Source: an uncultured Alphaproteobacteria bacterium
GTDB taxonomy: Bacteria > Pseudomonadota > Alphaproteobacteria > CAAHEQ01 > UBA3637
DNA: 61,786 nt
Direction: 5' to 3'
Assembly (NCBI GenBank): GCA_905236245.1
Contig: CAJOPC010000019.1
Location: forward strand, 1 to 61,786
Shown here: piece after piece, positions 34,429 to 43,565 of the stretch
Numbering within the stretch: position 1 is the stretch's first letter
Layout: each line of letters starts with the position of its first letter
Position numbers and translations under genes: made by a program
The notes under the pieces: model-generated
Database searches by the model: none
Told to the model about the DNA's origin: nothing
Seen by the model: only the letters and a program-made list of their open reading frames with translations

Positions 34429-34972
34429 GAATACTTCTCCTTCTCACAAGATATTCGCCCAAAAACATCATTCCAATTAGAATATAGGACAAACAGCCGT
34501 TGTATATCGTCCAATAAATTGTTGGTAAAAAGAGCGTCATGATTGAAATAAGTGTATTAAAGGCCATAAAAATTGTCCATGCCCATGTCGCTTTTCGAGT
34601 GTAGAGCCTTATTTCATCGGTCATGTGCTTTTCTATCTTTTCGGCAAAAGTGGTTATCAATGGCTTGTCTTTAAGAGAGAGGCCAAAGGTAAGGCAGATA
34701 AACAGGTTCATGCAAACGGGGTAGCATTTGATGAATAAAACATTTCTTGTAAAAATAAGACCGATTACAAGGGATAATCCTATTAAAAGAACCAATTTCT
34801 TGCGAGATTGCAAAAAGGATGCCATAAATGCAATAACCATCAAAAAGGCGAGAATATTCAAAGAAAAATTGTGCTGAAGTGCTACGAAAATTAGGAAAGG
34901 ATACAAAACAGCAATAAGAATTGTCAGTATTTGAATAAATTTATTCGGCTTTTTCATTGACAATTTTTTCAA
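34418..34972 (-). CDS. polytopic membrane protein (ApeG-position)
   Basis: 184 aa with four to five hydrophobic helices. No motif recognised. Confidence 0.5.
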   Translation of the reverse strand: MKKLSMKKPNKFIQILTILIAVLYPFLIFVALQHNFSLNILAFLMVIAFMASFLQSRKKLVLLIGLSLVIGLIFTRNVLFIKCYPVCMNLFICLTFGLSLKDKPLITTFAEKIEKHMTDEIRLYTRKATWAWTIFMAFNTLISIMTLFLPTIYWTIYNGCLSYILIGMMFLGEYLVRRRSIHGY

Positions 34973-35198
34973 TTGTTTCTACCAGGTCTTGTAATGTTCT
35001 GATTTGCTTGAAATCATCCGGATTTACTTTTTTCTGAATGATTTTTTGCAAGCGAACAATTAAATCTACCGCGTCAATACTATCTAAATCCAAGTCTTCA
35101 AAAAGCCGAACCGATGGAACTAATTTTTCGGCATCACATTCAAAATCCGCGACTAAGATTTCCTTGACTGTGTTTGAAATTTGTTCTTTTGTGTACAT
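34941..35198 (-). CDS. acyl carrier protein
   Basis: LDLDSIDAVDL phosphopantetheine-attachment Ser motif. 85 aa. Confidence 0.85.
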   Translation of the reverse strand: MYTKEQISNTVKEILVADFECDAEKLVPSVRLFEDLDLDSIDAVDLIVRLQKIIQKKVNPDDFKQIRTLQDLVETIEKIVNEKAE

Positions 35199-35206
35199 TG
35201 TGTCTC

Positions 35207-35476
35207 CTACGAATTTTTTTGTGTTTCAATAATATAGTCTGCGAGTGTATTGACAGAATAAAAGTATTGTTTGTTAGCGCTTTTATCCGCTTTAAAGGTT
35301 ACATTGTATTTCTTCTTTAATGCCATGCCCAATTCCAATGCGTCAATGGAATCTAATCCTAAGCCATCCCCAAATAAGGGGGCTTCTGTTTCAATGTCGG
35401 CAGAAGTTAAATCCTCCAAATCCAATGAGGAAACAATCAATTCTTTGATTTCTTGAACTAAATCCGCTTTTTCCAT
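35207..35476 (-). CDS. acyl carrier protein
   Basis: GLGLDSIDALEL. I prefer the ATG at 35476 (MEKADLVQEI...) to the track start at 35530. Confidence 0.85.
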   Translation of the reverse strand: MEKADLVQEIKELIVSSLDLEDLTSADIETEAPLFGDGLGLDSIDALELGMALKKKYNVTFKADKSANKQYFYSVNTLADYIIETQKNS

Positions 35477-35526
35477 TTGATACGCTCCAATTCTGCATAC
35501 GATTTTATACAAAAAAGATTTTAAAG

Positions 35527-36273
35527 TCAATTTATTCTTTCAAAAAGTTTTAAATAAATTTCTTGGCTTATTTGTTGAGCCTGTTGCCGTTGGGATAGAA
35601 TCTTTGTATCCTTAGCAAAAATCAGTTTGTTAAACCTAATTTGATATGTGGCGGTTTTGGGACCAATATCATACCATTTTTGATTTTTGCCTAATATACA
35701 CGGATGGCAAGTAATTTTAATAGGTAAAATGGGTGCGTGAGAGACAAGAGCTAAATGAGCAAAGCCTTTATAAAGCTTGCTTGGCCCCTTTGTGAGGTCT
35801 GTACGAGTGCCCTCTGGGAAAATGATGACATTTAATCCTTGATGCAATAATGTGGTCGCCTTAATAAGGAATTTACCCGGATCTTCATGGTTAACAAGAT
35901 ATATACGGTTTACAATGTGTTTAATGAAAAAATTTTGTGATAATGCTTTTTTAACAAGGCAAACGGTGTTGGGGATAATAGAAATCAATAGAACTATATC
36001 TAATAAGGTGGGATGATTAGCAACAATAATTGTCCCCTTTATAGTTTTGCAATTTTTTTGCGTAGGAATCTCAACGCGGATTAATCTTAACAAGGTGAGT
36101 ATTTTAACAAATAAAATCCAAGAATAATGAATTGTATTTGTAAGCAAAAACGGTTGTCTTTCTTTTTGTGTAAAAAAGATGATAAAAGGAAAGAGAATTG
36201 TTCCGATTAAAAATCCTCCTAGACCGAAGAAGGCAAAACATAAAATAGTTAAAAGCGAACGAAGGTATCTCAT
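35527..36273 (-). CDS. PlsC/LPLAT-family acyltransferase (ApeD-like)
   Basis: NHPTLLD (HX4D) and IFPEGTR motifs, with an N-terminal TM segment. Confidence 0.75.
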   Translation of the reverse strand: MRYLRSLLTILCFAFFGLGGFLIGTILFPFIIFFTQKERQPFLLTNTIHYSWILFVKILTLLRLIRVEIPTQKNCKTIKGTIIVANHPTLLDIVLLISIIPNTVCLVKKALSQNFFIKHIVNRIYLVNHEDPGKFLIKATTLLHQGLNVIIFPEGTRTDLTKGPSKLYKGFAHLALVSHAPILPIKITCHPCILGKNQKWYDIGPKTATYQIRFNKLIFAKDTKILSQRQQAQQISQEIYLKLFERIN

Positions 36274-36911
36274 GTCATTTGCCTGATAATTAAACCATTT
36301 ATATTAAGCTCATCTTTTGATTTAAGAAAATCAATTAACTCTTTGAAAGAGCATATTTTATTGTTATAATTTCCTGTTTCACAGGACGCCCGAATGGTGC
36401 CTGGCTCCGGTGTGGAAGAAACGATAAAAGCGACACCATGTCCTAAGAACGAATCCGAAAATTTTGGGGTATAAAAATCCGGAGTTTTTTCTTCAGCATA
36501 AATAAATAGAACCGGTTTTGGACCACAGAAAGTTTCAAGAAGTGCACTTGAAATAGTGGCTTCTTTTGCTGCAATAGAGGTGTAACTTTCTTTGGATTTT
36601 GTCAGGACAGACAAAAGACCCGGCATTGCATTATGAACGGAATGGGAAAAACCCGCAGGAGACGTTTCCTTGTCATTAAAAAATTGCTGGATTAAATCAA
36701 TCGTTTGTTGCCATTCGCCAAAGCGCGAAGCAAAAACAACCTGGCAATTTTGCGGAAGAGGTTCCAGTTGATGGGCCAAATATAACCCAATCTTTTCAAC
36801 TTGTGTCAAGCGCCGCCGGATTAATGGCGGGACGAAAGAAAGGTCCAGATCCGGGTTTCCCTCTGTTTGTTGCCAACAGGCATATTTGGGAATATAAAAA
36901 ATCTCTTTCAT
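36270..36911 (-). CDS. ketosynthase chain-length-factor-like protein (Ketoacyl-synt_2 type, ApeC-like)
   Basis: 213 aa with no active-site Cys context. SPAGFSHSVHNAMPGLLS matches the motif I associate with this family. Confidence 0.6.
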   Translation of the reverse strand: MKEIFYIPKYACWQQTEGNPDLDLSFVPPLIRRRLTQVEKIGLYLAHQLEPLPQNCQVVFASRFGEWQQTIDLIQQFFNDKETSPAGFSHSVHNAMPGLLSVLTKSKESYTSIAAKEATISSALLETFCGPKPVLFIYAEEKTPDFYTPKFSDSFLGHGVAFIVSSTPEPGTIRASCETGNYNNKICSFKELIDFLKSKDELNINGLIIRQMT

Positions 36912-36913
36912 GC

Positions 36914-36942
36914 TTGCAAAACTTTCTTCTTTTAAGTATAAT
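36914..36942 (+). promoter_or_regulatory. promoter of the KS-DH-KR-KS operon
   Basis: TTGCAA-17 nt-TATAAT. The -35 box abuts the start codon of the divergent gene. Confidence 0.5.
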
Positions 36943-36944
36943 CA

Positions 36945-36973
36945 ATTCTATACATAAAATAGTATTTTTGCAA
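36945..36973 (-). promoter_or_regulatory. promoter of the minus-strand Ape-like operon
   Basis: The minus strand reads TTGCAA-17 nt-TAGAAT. Confidence 0.4.
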
Positions 36974-36982
36974 GTGGGTTTT

Positions 36983-38113
36983 ATGAAAATAGTTTTGTCA
37001 TGTATGGGTTGTTTGTGCGCCTTGGGAAATTCACTTTCAGAGATTTGTGATCACATCCACAATCCTGGATTAAAAAAACATCCTTTAAATGGAATGCAAG
37101 TGCCTTTTGGGGCCGTTGATTTGACTCGAACAAAGCGGATGAGATGTTACGATCTTTTGGATCAAGTGGTGGATCAGATTCAAGAGAATATTGATTTGAT
37201 AAAGCAAAAGTATTCTTGCGAGCGTTTAGGTATTGTATTGGGAACATCTAACACAGGTATTCATGAAGCTCAATCCCATATTAATCAGTGGCTGGAAACA
37301 GGAAATTGTCCAAAGGAATTTTCTTTTGATGAAATTGAACTCGGAAGCCCTGCGCTGTATTTAAAGGAAAAAACAAAATTTTTAGGTCCAGCCTATGTTG
37401 TATCAACGGCGTGTTCTTCAAGTGCTAAGGTCTTTGCCTCAGCCCGTAATTTATTAAAAGCTGATATATGTGATGCCGTTTTGGTGGGAGGCGTGGATTC
37501 ATGTTGTGATTTTGCTTTAAATGGTTTTAACGCATTAGAGGCGCTCAGCCCCGAGCAATCTATACCTTTTTCAAAGAATCGACAAGGTATCAATTTGGGA
37601 GAAGGTGCCGCTCTTTTTATGATGGAAAAAGATACAAACGGCGTGGTGTTAGCGGGTGTTGGTGAAAGTTCGGATGCCTATCATTTAACTCATCCAGACC
37701 CGGAGGGAGCAGGGGCACTTATTGCCATGAAGCGTGCTTTAGAAGATGCTGGTTTGTCGCCTGAACAGATAGATTATATCAATTTGCATGGAACAGGAAC
37801 ACAGGCCAATGATGCAATGGAAAGCAAAGCTGTTTTTCAACTGTTTGGCCGGGACGTTCTTTGTGCTTCCACAAAACCTTTAACCGGCCATGCTTTAGGC
37901 GCTTCCGGAGCATTAGAGGCCGCTTTGTCATGGTTGATGTTGCAGAATAATTTTATTATTCCCCATTATTATGATGGCGAATTTGATCCGGAATTAGCGC
38001 CAATTTCATTAGCAAAAGGGAATGAGAATAAGACAATTAGGACGATTTTAAGCAATTCCTTTGCCTTCGGTGGTAGTAATGCCAGTATTATTTTAAAAAA
38101 GGAGGATGTATGA
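36983..38113 (+). CDS. beta-ketoacyl-ACP synthase (ApeO-like)
   Basis: VVSTACSSSAKV (active-site Cys), LHGTGTQANDAME and GHALGASGALEA. The track start at 36803 runs antisense through the divergent gene, so I prefer the ATG at 36983. Confidence 0.85.
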   Translation: MKIVLSCMGCLCALGNSLSEICDHIHNPGLKKHPLNGMQVPFGAVDLTRTKRMRCYDLLDQVVDQIQENIDLIKQKYSCERLGIVLGTSNTGIHEAQSHINQWLETGNCPKEFSFDEIELGSPALYLKEKTKFLGPAYVVSTACSSSAKVFASARNLLKADICDAVLVGGVDSCCDFALNGFNALEALSPEQSIPFSKNRQGINLGEGAALFMMEKDTNGVVLAGVGESSDAYHLTHPDPEGAGALIAMKRALEDAGLSPEQIDYINLHGTGTQANDAMESKAVFQLFGRDVLCASTKPLTGHALGASGALEAALSWLMLQNNFIIPHYYDGEFDPELAPISLAKGNENKTIRTILSNSFAFGGSNASIILKKEDV

Positions 38114-38574
38114 AAACTCCCGCTGAGCTTTTGCCACATAAGGCTCCGATGATTTTTATTTCGGATGTTCATTCTTTTGACTTTGCTAAAGGAGAGCTAA
38201 TTGCGCGTGCAAAGATTCAAGAAAGCGATATTTTATTTCAACCTAATCTTGGTGGTATCCAAGGCTATGCTGCTTTAGAGTATATGGCACAAAGTGTTGG
38301 TTGTTTTGTAGGGCTATATGATTTAGAAAAAAATCCAAATAACAAGCCAGCGGTGGGTTTTGTTTTAGGATCTCGTCAATTAAAAGTCTTTGATCCAATT
38401 TTGAAATTAGGAGAAGATTATTTGATCAAGGTGGATATGCTTTTTTGTGATGATACTATTGCTTCTTTTGAATGTCTCATGTATAATGAAAAAACAGAAG
38501 CAGAGGTCGCATCAGCAATTATCAATGTTTATCGTCCCGAAAGTTTAAATGATTTTGTAAAGGAATATACATGA
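38110..38574 (+). CDS. hotdog-fold 3-hydroxyacyl-ACP dehydratase (ApeP-like)
   Basis: LLPHKAPMIFISDV N-terminal motif. 154 aa with ATGA overlaps on both sides. Confidence 0.6.
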   Translation: MKTPAELLPHKAPMIFISDVHSFDFAKGELIARAKIQESDILFQPNLGGIQGYAALEYMAQSVGCFVGLYDLEKNPNNKPAVGFVLGSRQLKVFDPILKLGEDYLIKVDMLFCDDTIASFECLMYNEKTEAEVASAIINVYRPESLNDFVKEYT

Positions 38575-39299
38575 GTAGTCAACGCGTTTTAATTACTGGA
38601 GCAAGTCGAGGGATTGGAAAAGCTATTGCTTTGTATTTAGCCCCCAAAGGGTATGATTTAGTTGTACATTATAATACGAATAGGGATGCAGCAGAGCAGA
38701 CATTAAAGGAAATTCAAAGTTTGGGCGGAACAGGTTCCTTATTGTCTTTTAATATATCCGACAGAGATCAAACAAAAGCGGTTATAGAAGAAGATATGAC
38801 AAACAATGGCGTTTATTATGGTGTTGTTTGTAATGCAGGGATTGCCGAGGATAATCCTTTCCCGATTCTTGAGGATGATCAGTGGGATCGAGTGCTTCAT
38901 ACCAATTTGGATGGTTTTTATAACGTGTTAAAGCCAATAGTCATGCCTATGGTTGAAAATCGCATACATGGGCGTATTATTACTCTTTCATCAATATCTG
39001 GCATTATTGGGAATAGAGGACAGGTGAATTATTCGGCGGCTAAGGCTGGTATTATCGGCGCTACAAAGGCTTTGGCTGTGGAATTGGCTAAGCATAAGAT
39101 TACAGTGAACTGTATTGCACCTGGCATTATTGAAACAGATATGACAAAGGATTTGCCAGTTGAGGAAATTCGTAAAATTATTCCTGCACGGCGGATGGGA
39201 GATCCAAAAGAAGTTGCTAGTTTAGTTGATTACTTGTTATCCGAAGATGCTGGTTATATTACGCGTCAGGTAATTTCCGTTAATGGAGGAATGTTTTAA
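38571..39299 (+). CDS. 3-oxoacyl-ACP reductase (FabG family, ApeQ-like)
   Basis: ITGASRGIGKAIA and YSAAKAGIIG (YxxxK). Confidence 0.9.
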   Translation: MSSQRVLITGASRGIGKAIALYLAPKGYDLVVHYNTNRDAAEQTLKEIQSLGGTGSLLSFNISDRDQTKAVIEEDMTNNGVYYGVVCNAGIAEDNPFPILEDDQWDRVLHTNLDGFYNVLKPIVMPMVENRIHGRIITLSSISGIIGNRGQVNYSAAKAGIIGATKALAVELAKHKITVNCIAPGIIETDMTKDLPVEEIRKIIPARRMGDPKEVASLVDYLLSEDAGYITRQVISVNGGMF

Positions 39300-40531
39300 T
39301 GCGTCGAGTTGTTGTAACTGGTATGGGAGTTGTTAGTGCTTTGGGTAATAGTTTGGAGACATCCTGGAATAGGTTGCATACTTATGAAAATGTTGTTCAA
39401 AATATGGCAGAGCTTTCCAAATACAAAGGGCTAAATGCCAATTTAGGTGCCCCCATTTTAGATTTTAAAATCCCAGAACATTTTTCGCGTAAGGTATTGC
39501 GGACTATGGGCCCAGTTTCCGTTATGGCTGTATACGCCGCCGAAGAGGCATTAGTACAAGCAGGTTTAAAAGATGATCCTAGCTTAGGTTCTGGTCGGGT
39601 TGGCGTTGCTTATGGCTCTTCATGGGGGTCTGTCGAACCTGTCATAGACTTTTTCGGCATGTTGTCAACGAATGAAGTTACTTCAATTACATCGTCGACA
39701 TATGTGAAGATGATGCCACAAACAACAGCGGTGAATTTGTCTTTATATTTTAAAACAACGGGACGTCTAATTCCATCAGGAACAGCTTGTACATCAGGTA
39801 GTTTGTCTATTGGATACGCTTACGAAACAATTCGTCAAGGAGTGCAAGATGTCATGATCGTTGGTGGAGCGGAGGAGTTTAGTCCGACCCAGGTTGCTGT
39901 TTTCGATACTTTATTTGCAACTAGTACGAAAAACAATACGCCCGCTTTAACACCGTCTCCGTTTGATAAAAATAGAGATGGTTTAGTTATTGGAGAAGGT
40001 GCAGGAACTTTAATTTTAGAAGAATATGAACATGCAAAGGCTCGTGGAGCTAAAATTTATGCTGAGCTTGTGGGCTTTGGAACAAATACAGATGGGACTC
40101 ATATTACTCAGCCAAATGCCGAAACGATGGCTATTTGTATGCAGCTTGCACTTGATTCTGCTGGGCTTTCTGCTGATAAGGTTGGATACATAAATGCACA
40201 TGGCACGGGAACGCAACATGGAGATATTGCCGAAACAATGGCAACAGAGAAAGTTTTTGGAACAAATGTGCCTATCAGCTCTCTTAAAAGCTATGTAGGG
40301 CATACATTGGGAGCCTGTGGTGCTTTGGAGGCCATTTGGACGATTCAAATGATGAATAATGGTTGGTTTGCTCCAACTTTGAATTTAACACAGCCGGATG
40401 ACAATTGTGGCCATTTGGATTATATTATGAACGAAGCTAGAAATATGGATGTTGATTATGTTATGTCCAACAATTTTGCCTTTGGTGGCATCAATACTTC
40501 ATTGATTTTTAAAAAGATTGAAAATGAATAA
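39299..40531 (+). CDS. beta-ketoacyl-ACP synthase (FabB/F family, ApeR-like)
   Basis: GTACTSGSLSIG, AHGTGTQHGDIAE and GHTLGACGALEA. Confidence 0.9.
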   Translation: MRRVVVTGMGVVSALGNSLETSWNRLHTYENVVQNMAELSKYKGLNANLGAPILDFKIPEHFSRKVLRTMGPVSVMAVYAAEEALVQAGLKDDPSLGSGRVGVAYGSSWGSVEPVIDFFGMLSTNEVTSITSSTYVKMMPQTTAVNLSLYFKTTGRLIPSGTACTSGSLSIGYAYETIRQGVQDVMIVGGAEEFSPTQVAVFDTLFATSTKNNTPALTPSPFDKNRDGLVIGEGAGTLILEEYEHAKARGAKIYAELVGFGTNTDGTHITQPNAETMAICMQLALDSAGLSADKVGYINAHGTGTQHGDIAETMATEKVFGTNVPISSLKSYVGHTLGACGALEAIWTIQMMNNGWFAPTLNLTQPDDNCGHLDYIMNEARNMDVDYVMSNNFAFGGINTSLIFKKIENE

Positions 40532-40573
40532 TATAGCTGTAATTCCATTTGGCTTTTAAAGAAGGAGAAAATA

Positions 40574-41221
40574 ATGCCACTTCTCAAAAATCAACAAAAA
40601 ATCGCTGAACTCAGAAATAAGTGTCCAGAATTAGTTCGGGTTTCGAGTCGCTCAATGTCGGAATTAATACCTCATGTTTCTCAGCCGGATGAAGATCGTT
40701 TTGGATGCCCTGTTGGTCCAGTTGTTTTTGCTACATCAACTCAAGGTGATTTTTATGCTCTCAGTTGTAGTGATGGAGCGTTTAATTATTCACGATGCTG
40801 GTACGATGCTCATAAACGGCCTCATAGGGTTTTTATTTTTGAAAAAATGAAGCCTGTTTATTATAAACATTTTGTATCATCTGAAACTTTTATCCCTATT
40901 GTTCCGAAGGGTGATGTTTTTGAAGGAAAATTCATTTCGGGAGAGTGGGTATCTCCTGATAGAGTAAAGCCAAAACGTATTGAAAAAGGAACAAAAGAGG
41001 ATATTTTGAAAAAAACAGATGCAAGAGTTTTTTCTATTGTAGATTTAGATGCATTCAGATGCCAGTTTCCGATAAGATGGTTGGATAGACATATGGAAAT
41101 GATTCCACAGACGATCCATAATCTGGTTCAAAGAGGGATTTTAAAAGATGAAAATCCTCCTCCCTTGCGTGAAAAACTAAGAGGATTAATAAGCCTTTGT
41201 AAGCATTTACTGACCAGGTAA
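40574..41221 (+). CDS. hypothetical protein
   Basis: 215-aa ORF with SD GAAGGAGAA. No motif recognised. Confidence 0.5.
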   Translation: MPLLKNQQKIAELRNKCPELVRVSSRSMSELIPHVSQPDEDRFGCPVGPVVFATSTQGDFYALSCSDGAFNYSRCWYDAHKRPHRVFIFEKMKPVYYKHFVSSETFIPIVPKGDVFEGKFISGEWVSPDRVKPKRIEKGTKEDILKKTDARVFSIVDLDAFRCQFPIRWLDRHMEMIPQTIHNLVQRGILKDENPPPLREKLRGLISLCKHLLTR

Positions 41222-41261
41222 TAACTTTATAAACGTTTGGGGATGAAAAATTTTTATATTT

Positions 41262-41344
41262 TGGTGCGGGCGAAAGGACTTGAACCTTCACGCTTTTGGC
41301 ATTGGCTTCTAAGACCAACGTGTCTACCATTCCACCACGCCCGC
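41262..41344 (-). tRNA. tRNA-Leu (TAG)
   Basis: Acceptor stem GCGGGCG/CGCCCGC, discriminator A, CCA. Anticodon loop CTTAGAA. Long variable arm. Confidence 0.9.
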
Positions 41345-41417
41345 ATTTTGCCAAAATTATACCTGAATTCGGTCCAAAAAGCAAGATGTTTTTAAATTGC
41401 CCTTTAAAGGCAGTTTA

Positions 41418-42596
41418 TTATTTTAAAAAAATAGAATCAAACTCTCCACAATGTGGACAAACAGGATGCCATTCGGTAACAACATGATCACACTTTGTAC
41501 AATACCATACAGAATCATCTTCGGATTCTATTGATCTGTCTTCCCACTCTTGTGCCATACGTTCATGGTGCAACCCACTGCGTTCAATTTTGGCCATCAT
41601 ATCTGCAACTTGGCGTGTTAGAGGATAGTTTTGCACGTAAATTTCCAAGTTTTCTTTTGCGCGAGCCCAATTTTGCAAATCTATATCCATGTCCGCTCGA
41701 GCCAAAAGAGAGTATCTTTGATCCCGTGTTGGCTTTGTCAAATCTAAGATAGATTGTAAACGTTTCTTTTCCGGCAAATTGGCAATTGCTTTTTTATAGG
41801 AAGTATATACGGGCCAACAAGGATATTGTTTCCAAGCTTTTTCCAAAATACGTTTGGCCTTGGTTGGTTTTGTTTGCACATAAAGAAGGGCAATAGCTGG
41901 ATTTACAGGATTTAATTTATAAGCCTCTTTAATTCGACCCAATTTTACGAGCAGGGCGGCTTTGTGAGATTTATATACCTGTGGCGATAAAGATTTTTTT
42001 GTATTTTCCAACAAACGAAGCGCCTCCGACCAATCGGAACGCATGAGCGCTAAACGCCATTTTGTATGGTTAACCCAAGGCATATTTTGTGCAGCAGAAG
42101 GAATTTCATCCAATAATGCTGTGACTTGATCAAAATTACCTTCTTTTTCGGCAGCTTGAATTAAGCCATAAATTCCGGCCATTTTTGTTGTTTGTTCTTT
42201 ATTTAAGGTATCAAATATTTCTTCAGAAGGTTTGATAAGTGCTGTGACAAGGGCTGTTTCTTGAGATCCTGCACCATACAATTTTTGTGCTTGCTGCAAC
42301 AAAAGATCATACTTGCTGGCATCATGGTTTAATAGCGTATTTAACAATTCGAAAATAAATTTTTCTTTTTGTAGTTGTTTTTGATTTTTTCGCCAATTTT
42401 GATAGCGAGAGATCCAAACAAATGGTTTTTTCAGCAAGCAAAGGAGCCATAACAATGCTAATAAGGCGACAATAAATAATACAAAAGATGTTGAAATCTC
42501 ATAATCAGAAGTTGTGAAAGTCACTGTCCATTTATCATGGATAACAAGGGCGGTTAAAACAGCAAGTCCAACGATTGTAAATAAAATTTTAGTCAT
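41418..42596 (-). CDS. HemY-N-domain/TPR protein with a C-terminal zinc ribbon
   Basis: Two N-terminal TM helices, TPR-like repeats and a C-terminal WYCTKCDHV...CPHCGEF. Confidence 0.7.
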   Translation of the reverse strand: MTKILFTIVGLAVLTALVIHDKWTVTFTTSDYEISTSFVLFIVALLALLWLLCLLKKPFVWISRYQNWRKNQKQLQKEKFIFELLNTLLNHDASKYDLLLQQAQKLYGAGSQETALVTALIKPSEEIFDTLNKEQTTKMAGIYGLIQAAEKEGNFDQVTALLDEIPSAAQNMPWVNHTKWRLALMRSDWSEALRLLENTKKSLSPQVYKSHKAALLVKLGRIKEAYKLNPVNPAIALLYVQTKPTKAKRILEKAWKQYPCWPVYTSYKKAIANLPEKKRLQSILDLTKPTRDQRYSLLARADMDIDLQNWARAKENLEIYVQNYPLTRQVADMMAKIERSGLHHERMAQEWEDRSIESEDDSVWYCTKCDHVVTEWHPVCPHCGEFDSIFLK

Positions 42597-43557
42597 GGAG
42601 ATTCCTTTCTGGCAGCATTAATTGCATAAGATGATTCAATTCTTCATCTAGTTTAATTTGTGCTTGTGCCAATGTTTTGACATCATAAAATGTGGATTGA
42701 ACGGATTTTGGAAGCTGTGATAATAATTCCAAAACTAATTCTGGTTGATTTGTTTGAATAGCATTTTGGATTTTATCTAATGTATCGATTGGACCATGCC
42801 CAGTAGGATTCAGTTTTCGCACATCAACCAAAAAATACGGGATAAGCTTTAAATATGCGATATATGTGGGATATTGTATTTGAAAAATTCGCAACAATGC
42901 TGTTCTTTTTTGGGCACTAAATGCGGAGGCCAATTGTTTGTTTAAATTTGGTTCTAAACAAATTTGAAGTAACCAAACCAGCTTGCGTTCAAGTTCTGGT
43001 GAAAGATCCGGTTTTGCAATCAGTTTTTCCAATAATGGACGACAATTTTCTCCATTTTTAAAGGCATCTTTTAGCTCTAAAATAAGGGTAAGAGAATTGT
43101 CTGAAATGGTGTCGCCAGATTGTGATTTTTGGGAAACAACCGGTTCTGGTTGAACAATTTCTTCTATTTCATTCGTTACGGATGGTGTTTCCTGAATTTC
43201 TTCTTTAATGATTTCAATATCATCTTCTGGCGTTTCTGATATATTAGGGACAATTTCTTCCAGGGGTATAGGAAGGTCCGAATCTTGTTCGTCAATTGCT
43301 TCCTCGGCTATTTCAATAGCCAAAGAGTCTCCGTTAACTTCCATTTCAAGATCATTTGATGATGCAGTATTTGTAATATAAAAGGCAAACCCTGCGCTAA
43401 TTAGGGCGCAGATAATGAGAAAAAACAAGAATTTCTTAAAGCGTTTCTTTTTATTTGGTGCTAGGGTTTTAGCGGTTGCTTCTGATGTAGGTACATCAGC
43501 CGTTTCCTCTGAAATAACATTTTCCTGAGGTTCGATTTCTTTCTTTTTTTTTGACAT
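42589..43557 (-). CDS. membrane-anchored acidic protein (possible mitofilin/alphaMIC60-like, unverified)
   Basis: Basic N-terminus, TM helix FLFFLIICALISAGFAFYI, a long acidic low-complexity tract and a helical C-terminal domain. It lies immediately upstream of, and overlaps, the hemY-like gene. Confidence 0.45.
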   Translation of the reverse strand: MSKKKKEIEPQENVISEETADVPTSEATAKTLAPNKKKRFKKFLFFLIICALISAGFAFYITNTASSNDLEMEVNGDSLAIEIAEEAIDEQDSDLPIPLEEIVPNISETPEDDIEIIKEEIQETPSVTNEIEEIVQPEPVVSQKSQSGDTISDNSLTLILELKDAFKNGENCRPLLEKLIAKPDLSPELERKLVWLLQICLEPNLNKQLASAFSAQKRTALLRIFQIQYPTYIAYLKLIPYFLVDVRKLNPTGHGPIDTLDKIQNAIQTNQPELVLELLSQLPKSVQSTFYDVKTLAQAQIKLDEELNHLMQLMLPERNLHD

Positions 43558-43565
43558 GTTCCCCC

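Noticed and set aside
36803-36982. 60-aa N-terminal extension of the ketosynthase ORF.
   Set aside because: It overlaps the divergent CLF-like gene and both promoters. The KS homology starts at MKIVLSCMGCL (36983).
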